A DNA stretch of 64,000 nt from Wickerhamiella versatilis (GCA_030867685.1 JAQOWU010000008.1:2232001-2296000); one strand, 5' to 3'; shown: positions 29,051 through 40,110, counted from the first letter of the stretch. Translations and numbers: made by a program. Notes: generated by a model not told the origin, from the sequence alone.

Positions 29051-30466
29051 CTACTCCTTACGCGACTTCTTCTTCTTCTTGGATCCGTCCTCGTCTTCTT
29101 CGTCGTCATCAGCCTTTCGCTTCTTTTCCTTTTTCTCCTTCTTTTCTTTCTTTTCCTTCTTTTCCTTCTTCTCCTTCTTTTCCTTCTTCTCTTTCTTTTC
29201 CTCATCCACATCCATAGTGTCTTCCTTGGGCGGCTCAGCAGACTTAGCCTCAGGGAAACTTGGGGCCGCCTTAGGGACGGCTGGTTCAGGTTGTGAACTT
29301 CCACTCAGATCAACGTACTTCTTCTTCCATTCATCTGGGGTGCTTTCATTGGTATGACCATACTTATCAAGCTGGCCGGCGGCCTTTAACTGCTTCTTAC
29401 GCTGGGCCACAGGACCAAGTCCCCAACGCCTGGGGTAGGTATCACGCTCCATGATGCACCGCTTGATTCGGGATACAACTCCATGGTCACACGTTGCCAA
29501 ATCAACGCTAGACATTTGAGCAATACCGAGAGCAATTGCCTCGCCCTTTGTGGTCATAAGAACACATTCGTCACCCACCTCAATTCCTTGTTCATAGCGC
29601 AGCAACCCGGGAATCATAAGTTTTGCACCATAGCAGACAGAGTTCACTGCCGAATCCTTAACTACAACCCTCTTGTACCCTACCAGAAGGGACTCAAGAG
29701 GCCGGATGCAGCGACGGAGGTAGGACTCATCACGGGAGTTGTCGTATACCCACTGCGCATCGAGCAAGTCATGAAGGGTTACCATATCATCCGACTCACT
29801 CATGGCACCGCTACGAACACGGCGTAATTCCTGCATATGTCCTCCCACTCCTAATAGCATACCTAGATGAACGCAGAGTGTTCGCATGTAGGTGCCAGCT
29901 TCGCAAGATGACCAGAAAACGGCAAGATGACGGTCATTATCAAACTCCAGGAGCTTTGAATCGTAAATAGTCCTGATACGCAATTGTCTTTTAACAGCAC
30001 TAATCAACGGAGGACGCTGGAAAAGCGCACCAGTAAGCGTCTCAATAGTACGGCCCAAGTCCTTCTCATCCTTAAGCAAATCATGTAGCCGGAGCACACA
30101 AACATACTCTTTACCAGCGCCTTGCTGGCTCTTTACTAGACGGGTTGCTCTATCAATGCAAACGATCAAGCATCCAGTGACCTTAGGGTCAAGTGTCCCC
30201 GAGTGGCCTGTCTTTTCAACACGGAGAATGCGCTTGATCCAAGCTACAACCTCGTGGCTACTAGGATTTGCGGGTTTGTCCAGGTTAATCACACCAGAAG
30301 AAATATAAGATCCCAAGTCCCGGTTCAAGGGGTTCGACCCAGAAGGGATAGGTGTATAGTGACCACTGCGAGCAACCAACTTATCATAGTTTTTCACCAA
30401 AAGTGGCCATTCAGAAGTATCTACAGGAGCCACAGAAGCTTCTGGTTTGATCGTATGATCGGCCAT
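29051..30466 (-). CDS. CBF5: H/ACA snoRNP pseudouridine synthase (dyskerin)
   Basis: [35 protein letters not shown]-repeat tail; RRPE-like GAAAAATTTT just upstream (30470-30479). Confidence 0.98.
   Translation of the reverse strand: MADHTIKPEASVAPVDTSEWPLLVKNYDKLVARSGHYTPIPSGSNPLNRDLGSYISSGVINLDKPANPSSHEVVAWIKRILRVEKTGHSGTLDPKVTGCLIVCIDRATRLVKSQQGAGKEYVCVLRLHDLLKDEKDLGRTIETLTGALFQRPPLISAVKRQLRIRTIYDSKLLEFDNDRHLAVFWSSCEAGTYMRTLCVHLGMLLGVGGHMQELRRVRSGAMSESDDMVTLHDLLDAQWVYDNSRDESYLRRCIRPLESLLVGYKRVVVKDSAVNSVCYGAKLMIPGLLRYEQGIEVGDECVLMTTKGEAIALGIAQMSSVDLATCDHGVVSRIKRCIMERDTYPRRWGLGPVAQRKKQLKAAGQLDKYGHTNESTPDEWKKKYVDLSGSSQPEPAVPKAAPSFPEAKSAEPPKEDTMDVDEEKKEKKEKKEKKEKKEKKEKKEKKEKKRKADDDEEDEDGSKKKKKSRKE
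29122..29202 (-). repeat. Coding (KKE)n repeat of Cbf5
   Basis: Degenerate 9-bp repeats encoding EKKEKKEKK... Confidence 0.9.
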
Positions 30467-30621
30467 GGAGAAAAATTTTGCTTACAAACTCACACTTACT
30501 CGGCTGTTGAGCATAATCCGTGGTGGAAATTAAGTCGTTAATTTATTATTGATTTTCGTTTATAGCTTCTAGATTAGATCTGAGTGAGTATTAGAATATC
30601 AATCTTTGCTGTTTTGGAGAT

Positions 30622-31554
30622 TCATGTCATTTGTTTCAAAGCAGCACGGCATAGGAACTGCTCTCGGGCCAAACCTCGAGTCTGCTTCAAAAAAGTTTCT
30701 AATGAGATACTTTCAGTATCTAGTGCTTTAGAGAGCACTGCTATCGCATAATTAGCGGCCCGATCTTCACTTTCTGCCTCATACTTTCGATATACGCCAG
30801 GATCAACAGCAACGAGTTTCTCAACTGGTAAATCTTGTGGGAATTGTTTGACGCTTCTAATTACAGTGTTTGCTCCTTCTAATGATTGCCTCAGAACATC
30901 GATATTCGATTTGTAGTCCTTGACGGCCTGCTCCAATTCTGATTTCTCCCGTTCCATTGCTTTTTCAACACGACTAAGGACACGACCAGCATGTTCCAAA
31001 GTACTTCTATCATCACCATGAGCATTTTTAAGTGAGATTCCAGTAGCTTCAATTTTATCATCGATCTTGGATAGTATTTTCTCTTTGGAAGTCTCAGCCA
31101 GGTTATTGCTAGAGGATGGAGACGTATTGGGGTTAGAAAGAAGATCAATCGCTTTGGGCTTCATGAAAAGTGGTGGATGTCGATTAAACACCTCAGAGAC
31201 CTCAATCAGAGTTTGCAGTAGGCTCTGCTTTTTCGGTGGCACCGGTACTCTACCATCTGCTCCTATCCACTTCGCCGTCTGCATTGCAGCTGTAGGTTTT
31301 ACATATATTTCAGGATGACCCTGTGGTGTTAACCAAACTTCAATGGGAATGCCATAAGTTCGTCCTTTCACGTTAGTTGGTAGAGGACCGTGTATCACCA
31401 ATCGAAGCCGCTTCCGAGAGTCATATGTGGATTTTGGTCTTAGCGGGGATATACAATCAAGTACTTCAAGAATTTCATCATGCTCGCGCAAGCTAAACCC
31501 CAGTGCTTGTGCGTTCTCGCTAACCCATCTAACGGCCTGAATGGGCAAAGGCAT
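30622..31554 (-). CDS. STP22: ESCRT-I subunit Vps23/Tsg101 (UEV + coiled coil + SB)
   Basis: HGPLP..YGIPIEVWL..P..YVKPT, ESEDRA, ISLETFLKQTRGLAREQFLCRA. Confidence 0.9.
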   Translation of the reverse strand: MPLPIQAVRWVSENAQALGFSLREHDEILEVLDCISPLRPKSTYDSRKRLRLVIHGPLPTNVKGRTYGIPIEVWLTPQGHPEIYVKPTAAMQTAKWIGADGRVPVPPKKQSLLQTLIEVSEVFNRHPPLFMKPKAIDLLSNPNTSPSSSNNLAETSKEKILSKIDDKIEATGISLKNAHGDDRSTLEHAGRVLSRVEKAMEREKSELEQAVKDYKSNIDVLRQSLEGANTVIRSVKQFPQDLPVEKLVAVDPGVYRKYEAESEDRAANYAIAVLSKALDTESISLETFLKQTRGLAREQFLCRAALKQMT

Positions 31555-31727
31555 GTATAAGCAGACAGGTTACCCGCTGCAAGATATCTTTTGAGCCAAC
31601 GAGCATATTCTCACATGCTATCCTCGAAATACAGATAGAGAAGCATACAAACTATGTCAATAGTCTTAATTTATGAGCATGCAAAGTATGTGCTTTTATA
31701 TATATATATTCTATCAATTGATCAGCC

Positions 31728-32432
31728 CTATGTAGAATACGAGCCTAAATGGCTTTCAGAGCTTGATGCTGGCACTATTCTGAGTACGGGGTTCTCCCCT
31801 TGCTCTATTAGCTCCTTGTAAACCAACAATACCTTTTCATTATTTTCCAGCGTGCGAGACTGTCCATCACCCCAATTTATTTGCATACGGAAGTTCGAGG
31901 GTTCACCTTCGAGTCCATACTTCTGTAGCACCATAGGAATAACATCTGAGCAAGGTTTATTTTTATGCAAAGCGAACCGCTTGAATGGCTTTTCGTTAAG
32001 TGACACATGTGTTGAGGGACTATTGTCATGAGAGCTTCGATAAACAGGCGTTCCTGAAAAGTAATTATCCGCTGGAGAGCTTGGTTTTGCTACCGGTGTC
32101 GGTAAAGGTTTGTTTTCCTTGAACATTTTGAAGAGGGGAATTATGTCGGTGCGAAGCCGCGAATATGCTTCTTTCGTGACCTTCAGCTCATGCTCAATTG
32201 ATTCTAGGCGTTTTTGCAAAGCTGGAGGGTCCAGTGGAGGAGGTCGTCCAAGCTGTTCTGAAGCTCGTAAAATAACCAATCTGTGGCCCAGAGAGTCGAT
32301 TCCCAATTCCCGTAAGTCTTCATGATCCAATAAAGGTAATACATCAAAGTCAACGGCATGGGCTCTGAAATTAGGTGCATACTTGCCCATTCCGAGACTA
32401 TCCAACCATTTCTTGCACCCTGCCGTCTCCAT
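31728..32432 (-). CDS. STE50: SAM + coiled-coil + RA adaptor (Ste50-like)
   Basis: SAM (WLDSLGMGKY..LRELGIDSLGHRL), KPLPTP, RA domain (PCSDVIPMVLQKY..RTLENNEK). Confidence 0.8.
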   Translation of the reverse strand: METAGCKKWLDSLGMGKYAPNFRAHAVDFDVLPLLDHEDLRELGIDSLGHRLVILRASEQLGRPPPLDPPALQKRLESIEHELKVTKEAYSRLRTDIIPLFKMFKENKPLPTPVAKPSSPADNYFSGTPVYRSSHDNSPSTHVSLNEKPFKRFALHKNKPCSDVIPMVLQKYGLEGEPSNFRMQINWGDGQSRTLENNEKVLLVYKELIEQGENPVLRIVPASSSESHLGSYST

Positions 32433-32466
32433 TAAGAGTGCTGGGGACGTGTGACGTAATAGTTAG

Positions 32467-33162
32467 ATGCAACGAGCAGCAGCACCAGGATTCTCGGAAA
32501 CTTGGGAGAAAATCCCTTATATTTCACGAAACCTGGGTGGTTTAGTGATTATGTTGTATTCAATGATGCTGGTGGCGCCATATTTCGCAGTAAAGTTTTG
32601 GTACTTACCGGGAACGACGTATCAATTTTGGCGTCTATTTACAAGCCCTTTTGCATGGCAGGGTAGGTTTGGTCTTCCGGGGCTTCTCACAGTCTTCTAC
32701 TTCTGCTTCAATGTGAACTTACTCGAGACACAAGTGTTTGCAGGACGACCAGCCGATTTGGTTACTTACGTGTCATTTGTTGGTATTTTCTTTCTGCTTA
32801 TAGGACAATATCTGAATATGTATGCATACCTGGGCGGGCTAGTAAGTGCCATGACTTATACCGTGGCCCAAGAAGCCCCCTATGAAGTCACGACATTAAT
32901 TGTGATTCAAATTCAAAGAGGATGGATCCCCTGGGCAAATGTTCTGCTGGGATTTGTTACGGGTGGAATACCTGGCACCTATGAGCCTATTCTAGGTATA
33001 GTAGTTGCTCATGCGTATCTATTTCTCTCTGAATTATTGCCTAATGCGGGTGGTCCCAAAGTTATCAAGACTCCTGGGTTTTTGACACGATTTTTCCTCA
33101 AACAGAAGCAGGAAAAAGGAGCGCGCATGCACTTTGGCCGCGGGCAGCGACTTGGAAAGTAG
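32467..33162 (+). CDS. DFM1: Derlin with C-terminal SHP box (Dfm1-like)
   Basis: QFWRLFTS WR motif, WIPW, GIVVAHAYLFL, SHP box HFGRGQRLG. Confidence 0.78.
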   Translation: MQRAAAPGFSETWEKIPYISRNLGGLVIMLYSMMLVAPYFAVKFWYLPGTTYQFWRLFTSPFAWQGRFGLPGLLTVFYFCFNVNLLETQVFAGRPADLVTYVSFVGIFFLLIGQYLNMYAYLGGLVSAMTYTVAQEAPYEVTTLIVIQIQRGWIPWANVLLGFVTGGIPGTYEPILGIVVAHAYLFLSELLPNAGGPKVIKTPGFLTRFFLKQKQEKGARMHFGRGQRLGK

Positions 33163-33225
33163 GCGTCATCTACGTAGCATTTTTGGAAACCCGTGTTGGC
33201 GCCTTAGTACATACATGAGCTGCAG

Positions 33226-33265
33226 ATATATATATATATGTATATATATATTTATATATATTTAT
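33226..33265. repeat. Imperfect (TA)n microsatellite
   Basis: atatatatatatatgtatatatatatttatatatattta, between the convergent DFM1 and VMA9 genes. Confidence 0.85.
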
Positions 33266-33434
33266 GTGTGTGAAATATTTTTTGACAAGAATAGATTGGA
33301 AAAATGCCTTCAATTATTGGTGTAAAGTGGGCCTGGCCCAGAGCCTAAGCCCCAGGATTCCACGCGGGAAGACAGCAGAAACATCTCCGAAGATATTAGA
33401 GAGATAAGGTAACGTAGGATGTATGATAACTCTA

Positions 33435-33653
33435 TTAGTCGGCATATTCAGGCCTGAGATCGCTCCTTACTGGAGCAACTAGCGGATGGAGCTGACACAA
33501 GTATGTTATCGCCCAGAAGATGTACATGAGGGCTAGAGAGAGAATAACACTAGACCTCCAGACATTTTGATCCTGCTTAGGCGCATAGCGCCAGAAGGCA
33601 GCGCTTGCTGCGGCCACGATGGCGAGCAAAATAATGACCGTCCAGCCGCTCAT
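33435..33653 (-). CDS. VMA9: V-ATPase V0 subunit e, intronless
   Basis: APK....WRSSVIL..MYIFWAITYLCQLHPLVAP.RSDLRPE. Confidence 0.95.
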   Translation of the reverse strand: MSGWTVIILLAIVAAASAAFWRYAPKQDQNVWRSSVILSLALMYIFWAITYLCQLHPLVAPVRSDLRPEYAD

Positions 33654-33793
33654 GATTACTCAGCAGAGAGTGCTCTTGCTTATCTCACCCGGCAGTAAAG
33701 TAGTAGCTCACAAATTCATGTTAGGTGAGAAAAAAAGGACACTTCACATCTATTCATATTATGTTAAATACAAAGTACTTCTATTGACTTAAA

Positions 33794-35506
33794 TTATTTC
33801 ACTTCTTGAAGTTTTTCTTCCTCGTCAACTTGATAACTGCTGCCTTCAGGAACTTCTCCTACCCAAGACATATCATATCCATTTGCAGCCAAATACTCAC
33901 GGAACTCAATATCTTCCTTTGCAACTGCATCTTGAGAGAGTTCTGGAATTAGAAGCGCCAAAAATGCACTGAACAAGCATAGGGCGGAAGAGATGTAGAA
34001 TAGTGGTATTTGACCCTTATCAGAATCGATACCATTGACTGGATCAAAGTCTTCGGCAATAGCTGGAAACACTTTAGTTCCGACGAAGGCACCAATCTTT
34101 CCCATAGCTGCAGCAATTCCATAATAGCGCCCCCGCACAGCAGAGGAGGATGACTTGGAGCAGATGAGTCCAATATTATCACCTGCGCCAAATTCACCCA
34201 GGGAAGTAAAAACACCGTAGGCTACTATGAAGCCTCCAATATTTTTCTTCATATTTTTGTAAACTGCTGCCATTATAAATCCAACAATTCCCTCCAAGAC
34301 ATTTCCTATGAAAAGGGTAAGGCGGGGACCTAGATAGTCTGAGGCAATTCCCCCTAAAAAGGTGCCTGGGAGGTAGAATGCCATTAGGAGAATTTCCCAG
34401 CCGTATGTCTTGTGAATATTTGAAATTGACATGTTCTCACCATCTGATCCCTTATAATCAACTGTTTTGACGTCAGTAACCACTGAGTTCAAAATAGTGG
34501 AGGACCAGTTTCCGAAACTATAAGTGCAGAAATCGTAAATGAACCATATTAATGACACGATAACAAGACGGGGTCCATAACGCTTGATGATGAGCCAGTA
34601 AGGAGTCTTACCTCCCTTGAACTTATTTTGAGTATAAGCATCCGACTCCTTGAATTTAAGACGTAGGAAGAAAAGCGAAATCGGAGGAATTGCACCCAAT
34701 CCCAAGAGAAGGCGCCATGTTGCCTCTAGGCCATCTGAATGGCTTGGGTAGGGATATGAACTTACAGAGCAAATGTAGAGAAGGATGAAGAGTACTAGCG
34801 CCGAGACTACATAGCCCACATCGATCATAGAGTTTGTGAACCATATAAACCAACGGTTACGCTTGCCCGGTGGGAGCATCTGGCACACCTCAGCACAGGC
34901 AACAGATCCACTTGGATATTCCGATCCAAGAAATACCCCAACAAAAGCACGCATGGTTATAAGCATGTTGAACATATTCAGAGGATTTTCTTTCATGCCT
35001 GGGCCCCATGAGCCAGCACACAAAATAGAAAATAAAATCAGCCCAACACAAGAAATCATCATACCCATTTTGCGGCCAAATTTGTCTACGAAGAAGCCAA
35101 ATCCTAACATTCCCACTACCTGCCCAACGAACGCAATGGCGGCAATGTTGGCTATTGCAGCAGACTTGCCCACATATTCTGGTTTGTACATGTCTGAGAA
35201 AAGAGTCGTAAGAAAACCTACACTGTTGTTAATATAACCATCACTGAAGAGACCTGCTCCTGCTGCAACAACAGACCAGCGGCTATTTTTCCGTTGACTA
35301 GGATCAGACCAGGCGTTTTCTTCGTCGAATGAGCCATTGGAGCCTGACTTCTGGGCAACAGAAACGGTGGTAGCCTCTTTAGGCTCATCATGGTCACTGG
35401 ACTTTGGATAGCGGTCCTCAGTAAGGATCTCCTCACCCCCCAACCAATGGGGGATTGCGGTCTCACGCTTCAACATGCTAAAATAGCTCCTAACAGGATT
35501 CCCCAT
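33794..35506 (-). CDS. GIT1: MFS glycerophosphodiester permease (Git1-like)
   Basis: AGAGLFSDGYINN, DKFGRK, GSEYPSGSV, WFIYDF, GEFGAGDN, RGRYYGIAAAMGKIGAFVG. Confidence 0.85.
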   Translation of the reverse strand: MGNPVRSYFSMLKRETAIPHWLGGEEILTEDRYPKSSDHDEPKEATTVSVAQKSGSNGSFDEENAWSDPSQRKNSRWSVVAAGAGLFSDGYINNSVGFLTTLFSDMYKPEYVGKSAAIANIAAIAFVGQVVGMLGFGFFVDKFGRKMGMMISCVGLILFSILCAGSWGPGMKENPLNMFNMLITMRAFVGVFLGSEYPSGSVACAEVCQMLPPGKRNRWFIWFTNSMIDVGYVVSALVLFILLYICSVSSYPYPSHSDGLEATWRLLLGLGAIPPISLFFLRLKFKESDAYTQNKFKGGKTPYWLIIKRYGPRLVIVSLIWFIYDFCTYSFGNWSSTILNSVVTDVKTVDYKGSDGENMSISNIHKTYGWEILLMAFYLPGTFLGGIASDYLGPRLTLFIGNVLEGIVGFIMAAVYKNMKKNIGGFIVAYGVFTSLGEFGAGDNIGLICSKSSSSAVRGRYYGIAAAMGKIGAFVGTKVFPAIAEDFDPVNGIDSDKGQIPLFYISSALCLFSAFLALLIPELSQDAVAKEDIEFREYLAANGYDMSWVGEVPEGSSYQVDEEEKLQEVK

Positions 35507-35599
35507 CTTCCCTTATCGCTATTCTCGTTGATGCTGTAATACGCAAATGGGTAGTATCTTATTAGCGATATATAGCAAACCATTCGGGGCTAGGTTTTA

Positions 35600-36072
35600 C
35601 ACGTGATAAGAGTTTTATGACTACTGGCAGTGATCTAGGAGATACGCGATCAAGTGCAGACCACGTGCGCAGTGGTTCCAATAGTTAGGATCAAATGAAT
35701 ATTTTTTTCTTTTTCAAATGTGTTTGCAAAGTAATTATTCCAGCGATAAAGGGTAGGTAGCCAAATCACAGGGAAATGGTTTATCATACTCGATATTGCT
35801 TATACATACTATAGCTCACCCATCTGAAACATATGTCCCACTGGTAGTAGTATGACTTCGCAGCCAAGATTATAACGTCATATATTGATAATAGCATGAT
35901 AATGCATAATGTTCTAGTAATACTAATGTCTAATAGACATTTTTACGGTACCACCAAGTATGAACCTGCAAATAAGTAAAAAAAACTCGATTAAAATAGA
36001 TTACACTCGGAAAAACATACTTTTCAAGCCGCGAAAATATTTGGAATGTGAACATGAGTAAACTAGCACGTG
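35600..36072. promoter_or_regulatory. Three CACGTG E-boxes (Pho4-type) upstream of GIT1
   Basis: CACGTG at 35600-35605, 35662-35667 and 36067-36072; S. cerevisiae GIT1 is a Pho4 target. Confidence 0.6.
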
Positions 36073-36134
36073 CTCGTTTTTTTTTCGAATAATGCATGCA
36101 GCCAAATTAGCATAGGCCTCGTGACAGAAAATCT

Positions 36135-36572
36135 TCAACTCTCAGTTTCTTCTAATATTGTAGGAACATGAGTTCTAAATGTTTGTGATTTAGAGTGATG
36201 GTTTATTGGTTGGTCGTCGATCATAGTTTCATCCATGGATTGTAAATATCGTGGGTGAGCATGGGTAGTACGATGAGGCCCATTTTGCAACGCCTTGGTT
36301 TGAGACTTTTGATCCTGCCTTATTGGTAAGACATCAAGCCAAATTGCTGCGATGCCCACCAGGCCTCCAGTTGCCAATCCTATACTACCACCTATTACTG
36401 CAAGGACAGCGACCGGCCAAATGATGGACTCGACAACATAGCGAGAAAGTGACAGAGGGACACGCACCATCGTGACGAAAATTGACATACAAAAGCTAAT
36501 AGATTGAAGCAAGACAAGAATAACAGTATACCATGCTACGAGGAGCACCTTGAACAAAAATGCTATGCCCAT
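36135..36572 (-). CDS. Hypothetical membrane protein (first ATG 36572)
   Basis: Long hydrophobic N-terminal half with GGSIGLATGGLVG, polar tail ending TILEETES. Confidence 0.55.
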   Translation of the reverse strand: MGIAFLFKVLLVAWYTVILVLLQSISFCMSIFVTMVRVPLSLSRYVVESIIWPVAVLAVIGGSIGLATGGLVGIAAIWLDVLPIRQDQKSQTKALQNGPHRTTHAHPRYLQSMDETMIDDQPINHHSKSQTFRTHVPTILEETES

Positions 36573-36945
36573 TGGCGTAATAAAGTAGTAGCACCTTGCA
36601 GATAGGCCTAGCCGACCTTTAAAGAGATACAATTGCCTCCCGGAAGTATAGCTGGAAAGTGTCGTTGTATGACTAATTAATAGTCGTAGTGGCTGGTACT
36701 AAACGAAGTAAGGCCAGCTGTGTTAATTCGCGTGTTTTCGAACTGTGTTAGGCTAATTTTAAATTCATTCACAATAAATACCTTATGTTTTAGAGTTCTA
36801 CACCAGTGGGATATCTTGCATTTCACTAGCTGAGACTGGTTGCAGCCGAAGCCAGTTAACGAACAAAATGTGACAATGACTCGTACAAATAAAAAAAAAC
36901 AAGGATAATAATTGCCTAGGGGTTACAGCTAACCACACGCTAAAA

Positions 36946-37623
36946 CTACCTACCCCATGAGGAAGGTAACAACCAGGCAATATAACGAGCCCATCTTGGT
37001 TCAATCATTACGATATTACCATGAGCAAGTGGAGTTTTGGTATCTACAGCGGCTTCCATGTCACCATAGTCATCCACTAGATATATCTCACCACTAGCTC
37101 CTGCTTTTCTGACGTTCCCAGATGAAACATCCGGGTCAGGTTTTGCCCGCAAACTGATCAATGAGCATACAGGTATGGGATTCACATGATCCACCTCTAA
37201 CTTGCCAGTGACACCGATTTTCCGAGGCAGCTGGGGAAAAGCAGCAGCTGCCAAACACTCATCAAACATAGTCGCGACAATTCCTGGGTGCAATGCCTCA
37301 GATTTACTGGCCAGACTAGTTCCAATGAGATACAATGTTTCTTGACGTCCTTGAGGCCCGCAGAATCTAACAGGATCACATTCAAATTTTCCGGGACCAC
37401 TCAAAATGCTTTTAACCACCATGTGGTTCCGGTGGAAAAATGGCGCGGGATGGCTTCTTTGTATTTTGTACCCCTCGTCTTGTAGGTGGGCAACATAAGG
37501 GTGACGTAAAATAATGTCCAGATTTTCAGGCTTTACTGGAGGAGGCTGTGCTACTGACCATCCGATATAGCCACAAGCACTCAGCAACCCCCACCTGGCC
37601 AAGCGCGCCCAACCACCTGACAT
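36946..37623 (-). CDS. HotDog-fold thioesterase, probably mitochondrial (Fmp10/Mrx3-like)
   Basis: LSGPGK, LHPGIVATMFDECLA, PRKIGVTGKLEVD, IEPRWARY. Confidence 0.8.
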   Translation of the reverse strand: MSGGWARLARWGLLSACGYIGWSVAQPPPVKPENLDIILRHPYVAHLQDEGYKIQRSHPAPFFHRNHMVVKSILSGPGKFECDPVRFCGPQGRQETLYLIGTSLASKSEALHPGIVATMFDECLAAAAFPQLPRKIGVTGKLEVDHVNPIPVCSLISLRAKPDPDVSSGNVRKAGASGEIYLVDDYGDMEAAVDTKTPLAHGNIVMIEPRWARYIAWLLPSSWGR

Positions 37624-37644
37624 AACCTGTTAGGTGGCGTGGTC

Positions 37645-38823
37645 ATGAGTGTGACAGTGAACTATGGATACAAAAGACTAAAGATCAAGTTGGGGCCTTC
37701 TTCCTCACTTGGAGAAGCGCGTGACAAGGCTTGTGGCATGATTGGCCAAGATGCTCTGTCGTTTGGCTTGTGTAGAAGCGGAAAGCAGCTTGATCTTACT
37801 GTACCCTTTCGACTATCTAATTTGGTATCAAACGCCTCTGTAGATCTTGTACCCATCCAAAAGCCCACCAAGCCAGTACGCATAAAGCTCAGAATTCCTG
37901 GAAAACCAGACTTTATCAGTGCATTTGCTCCTGAGACGTCGATTGCTCAAATACTACTGACAGCTGGCCTGCCAACTGGTAATGTGAGATTAGGAACACA
38001 ATCATTATCGCCAGATGATACCCTTCTGCATGCGGGTGTGACAGGAGCGGTAGTGTTGGTAGCAGATACAGGCCATAGTTCTATCCCATCAGCGGCCACT
38101 TCGAGTCAGCGTGATATTCCTCAATCGCAGACTGGCAAGAAAGAACTTCTAGATACAAAAGAAGAACCAAATCCACCAAAAAAAGAGGATATGAAGAAGA
38201 CACAGGAGCATACCCCAGAGCCGAGCCAACCATATGAATCAGAAGCCCATAAGGATAGAAATGTGGCCATAATTTCAAAGCCACATAACGAGATATCTTC
38301 TGCGGAAGCTCCAGCAGAGATGACAAGAGAGCAGTTCATGACCTACTATGAATATCTTCATGCACAGGCAACGAATCAAAAGCCAAAAAAGAGGCAGATA
38401 ACGAAGACTACTGTGCGTGTCAAATTGCCTGATGGTATCTGTATAGATGCAACTTTTAAGAAGGAGGCATGTGGCCGTGATGTTTACGAAACAGTCCGCG
38501 AACATCTACGCCAGTCTCAGGACTTATTTGAACTCATCCCTCGGGGTAGGGGTGATGTCTTGCAACCGGAACAAAATTTAATTGATGATTGTAGGTATGG
38601 TGATCGCATTTTATTGATTTTCCGGTGGTTAGATCGTCAACATGATACTAGCGAACCTATGCTTTCGGATAAAGCATTACAGAGGCTTGGCGAAATAAGA
38701 CATCCTGAACCTTTGGAGCAAGGCACTACCGCTCCGCCGAAGGAGCAACCCCCCACACCTCACACAAGGACCCCAGGAAATTCTTCCACATCAATACCTA
38801 AGTGGCTAAAACTGCATAAGTAG
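37645..38823 (+). CDS. UBX4: UBX-domain Cdc48 adaptor (ASPL/TUG type)
   Basis: LDLTVPFRLSNL, VRVKLPDG..IDATF, C-terminal IPKWLKL. Confidence 0.85.
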   Translation: MSVTVNYGYKRLKIKLGPSSSLGEARDKACGMIGQDALSFGLCRSGKQLDLTVPFRLSNLVSNASVDLVPIQKPTKPVRIKLRIPGKPDFISAFAPETSIAQILLTAGLPTGNVRLGTQSLSPDDTLLHAGVTGAVVLVADTGHSSIPSAATSSQRDIPQSQTGKKELLDTKEEPNPPKKEDMKKTQEHTPEPSQPYESEAHKDRNVAIISKPHNEISSAEAPAEMTREQFMTYYEYLHAQATNQKPKKRQITKTTVRVKLPDGICIDATFKKEACGRDVYETVREHLRQSQDLFELIPRGRGDVLQPEQNLIDDCRYGDRILLIFRWLDRQHDTSEPMLSDKALQRLGEIRHPEPLEQGTTAPPKEQPPTPHTRTPGNSSTSIPKWLKLHK

Positions 38824-38883
38824 TACGCCTATATAGAGTGCATTTTGAAATCCTAACAAAAAATAAAAGCTAGTTGAAAGAGT

Positions 38884-40110
38884 CTACGGAACAGCTTCTT
38901 CAATCTGCTTTAACACGGTTTTAGCGCGTTCCCATTCTTCCAGGACATTAGCAGGTTGAGGTGGTGGAAGTTTTAGTCTCTTTGTAGGGATTCCACCAGC
39001 GAACTCCACCAGTCCCTCAAGCAGGCGGGGGTGTATTGATAGATTCTTCCCTTTTACGAATTCATGAAAGAGCATTTCAAGTTTTGACCATTCTTTTTCG
39101 CGAATTAATGTTTCTGCCGCATTTGTCAAAAGGCTGTAGGATCTTACTCTTTTCATTGTTAGAGAAAATAGCCATTCGGGTCTATAATGAATTCGCCAAA
39201 GGGCCGCCAAGACGTGCTCGGGGATATCTGGATGTGAACCTAAGCATGTAATATCCAATTTGCTGAGAAGTTCAGGATCTACATTTGCAATCGAAGCTAG
39301 TCCTTCAGGGGAGTACTTAGTAGAGACATCACAGTCCTCCATTAATTTCCTGAGTTCACTTGGATTACAGCGACGAGCTATTGAGGCAAACCACCCTGGT
39401 CTACATGATGGCAATATAGACAGCAGAATACAGGCTTCCCTGACATTCAAATTTCGGAACAAGTCTGCGAAAGGGAGCTCAACGCCCTTCTCTCGCAAAC
39501 AGGTACATAGGTTAAGAGCTCGTCGGTGATCTGTGGGGTTCAACAAAAATGCTTGCCATATTGCGTAGACGTCTATATCATCGAGAATTTCGGGGCATTG
39601 CTCGACAATAGCTTGATTCAGGCATGCAATGAGTTTACTAGTATGAGGATCTAGCCTGCGGCGATACTTAAATGTTCTTCGCAGACTAGTTGCCAGATTA
39701 GGAGATATAAACTTGGACCAGCGCTCAAACTCTTTTTTATTCTCGTGATTTGCATAATATCTAGCAAACAATGACGATACTGTAGTAATATCCTCACTGG
39801 TTAGATTTTCGACTATTAGTTCTGCCTTATGAGGTTGGAACGCTTTCAAATAGTACTCCACCCCTTTGAGTGGAGATTTTCCTGGAATATTTTTCCAAAC
39901 TTCAATTGCCGCATAGGGATTTTTCTTGGCAAGTAAATCAGCATACTTTTGCGATCCCGATATTCCAAGAGCCCATGGCAACCCTGACTCATATGCTAGA
40001 GTTCCAGCCTTTTCCAGTTTACCATCAGCTAAAAAATCATTCACTTTACGGCTCACCCTCTGAGGATTTCCGGCACGAGGCCGTCTCACAAAACGAATAA
40101 ACCTCTTCAC
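38884..40110 (-). CDS. Hypothetical helical protein with Arg-rich presequence-like N-terminus; no ATG at the 5' end (GTG)
   Basis: 408-codon ORF fills the gap between UBX4 and VMA5; first in-frame ATG is ~250 codons in. Confidence 0.6.
   Translation of the reverse strand: MKRFIRFVRRPRAGNPQRVSRKVNDFLADGKLEKAGTLAYESGLPWALGISGSQKYADLLAKKNPYAAIEVWKNIPGKSPLKGVEYYLKAFQPHKAELIVENLTSEDITTVSSLFARYYANHENKKEFERWSKFISPNLATSLRRTFKYRRRLDPHTSKLIACLNQAIVEQCPEILDDIDVYAIWQAFLLNPTDHRRALNLCTCLREKGVELPFADLFRNLNVREACILLSILPSCRPGWFASIARRCNPSELRKLMEDCDVSTKYSPEGLASIANVDPELLSKLDITCLGSHPDIPEHVLAALWRIHYRPEWLFSLTMKRVRSYSLLTNAAETLIREKEWSKLEMLFHEFVKGKNLSIHPRLLEGLVEFAGGIPTKRLKLPPPQPANVLEEWERAKTVLKQIEEAVP

Noticed and set aside
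28913-29357. Leu/Phe-rich and Arg/Lys-rich ORFs at the CBF5 3' end
   Set aside because: Other-frame readings of the KKE repeat
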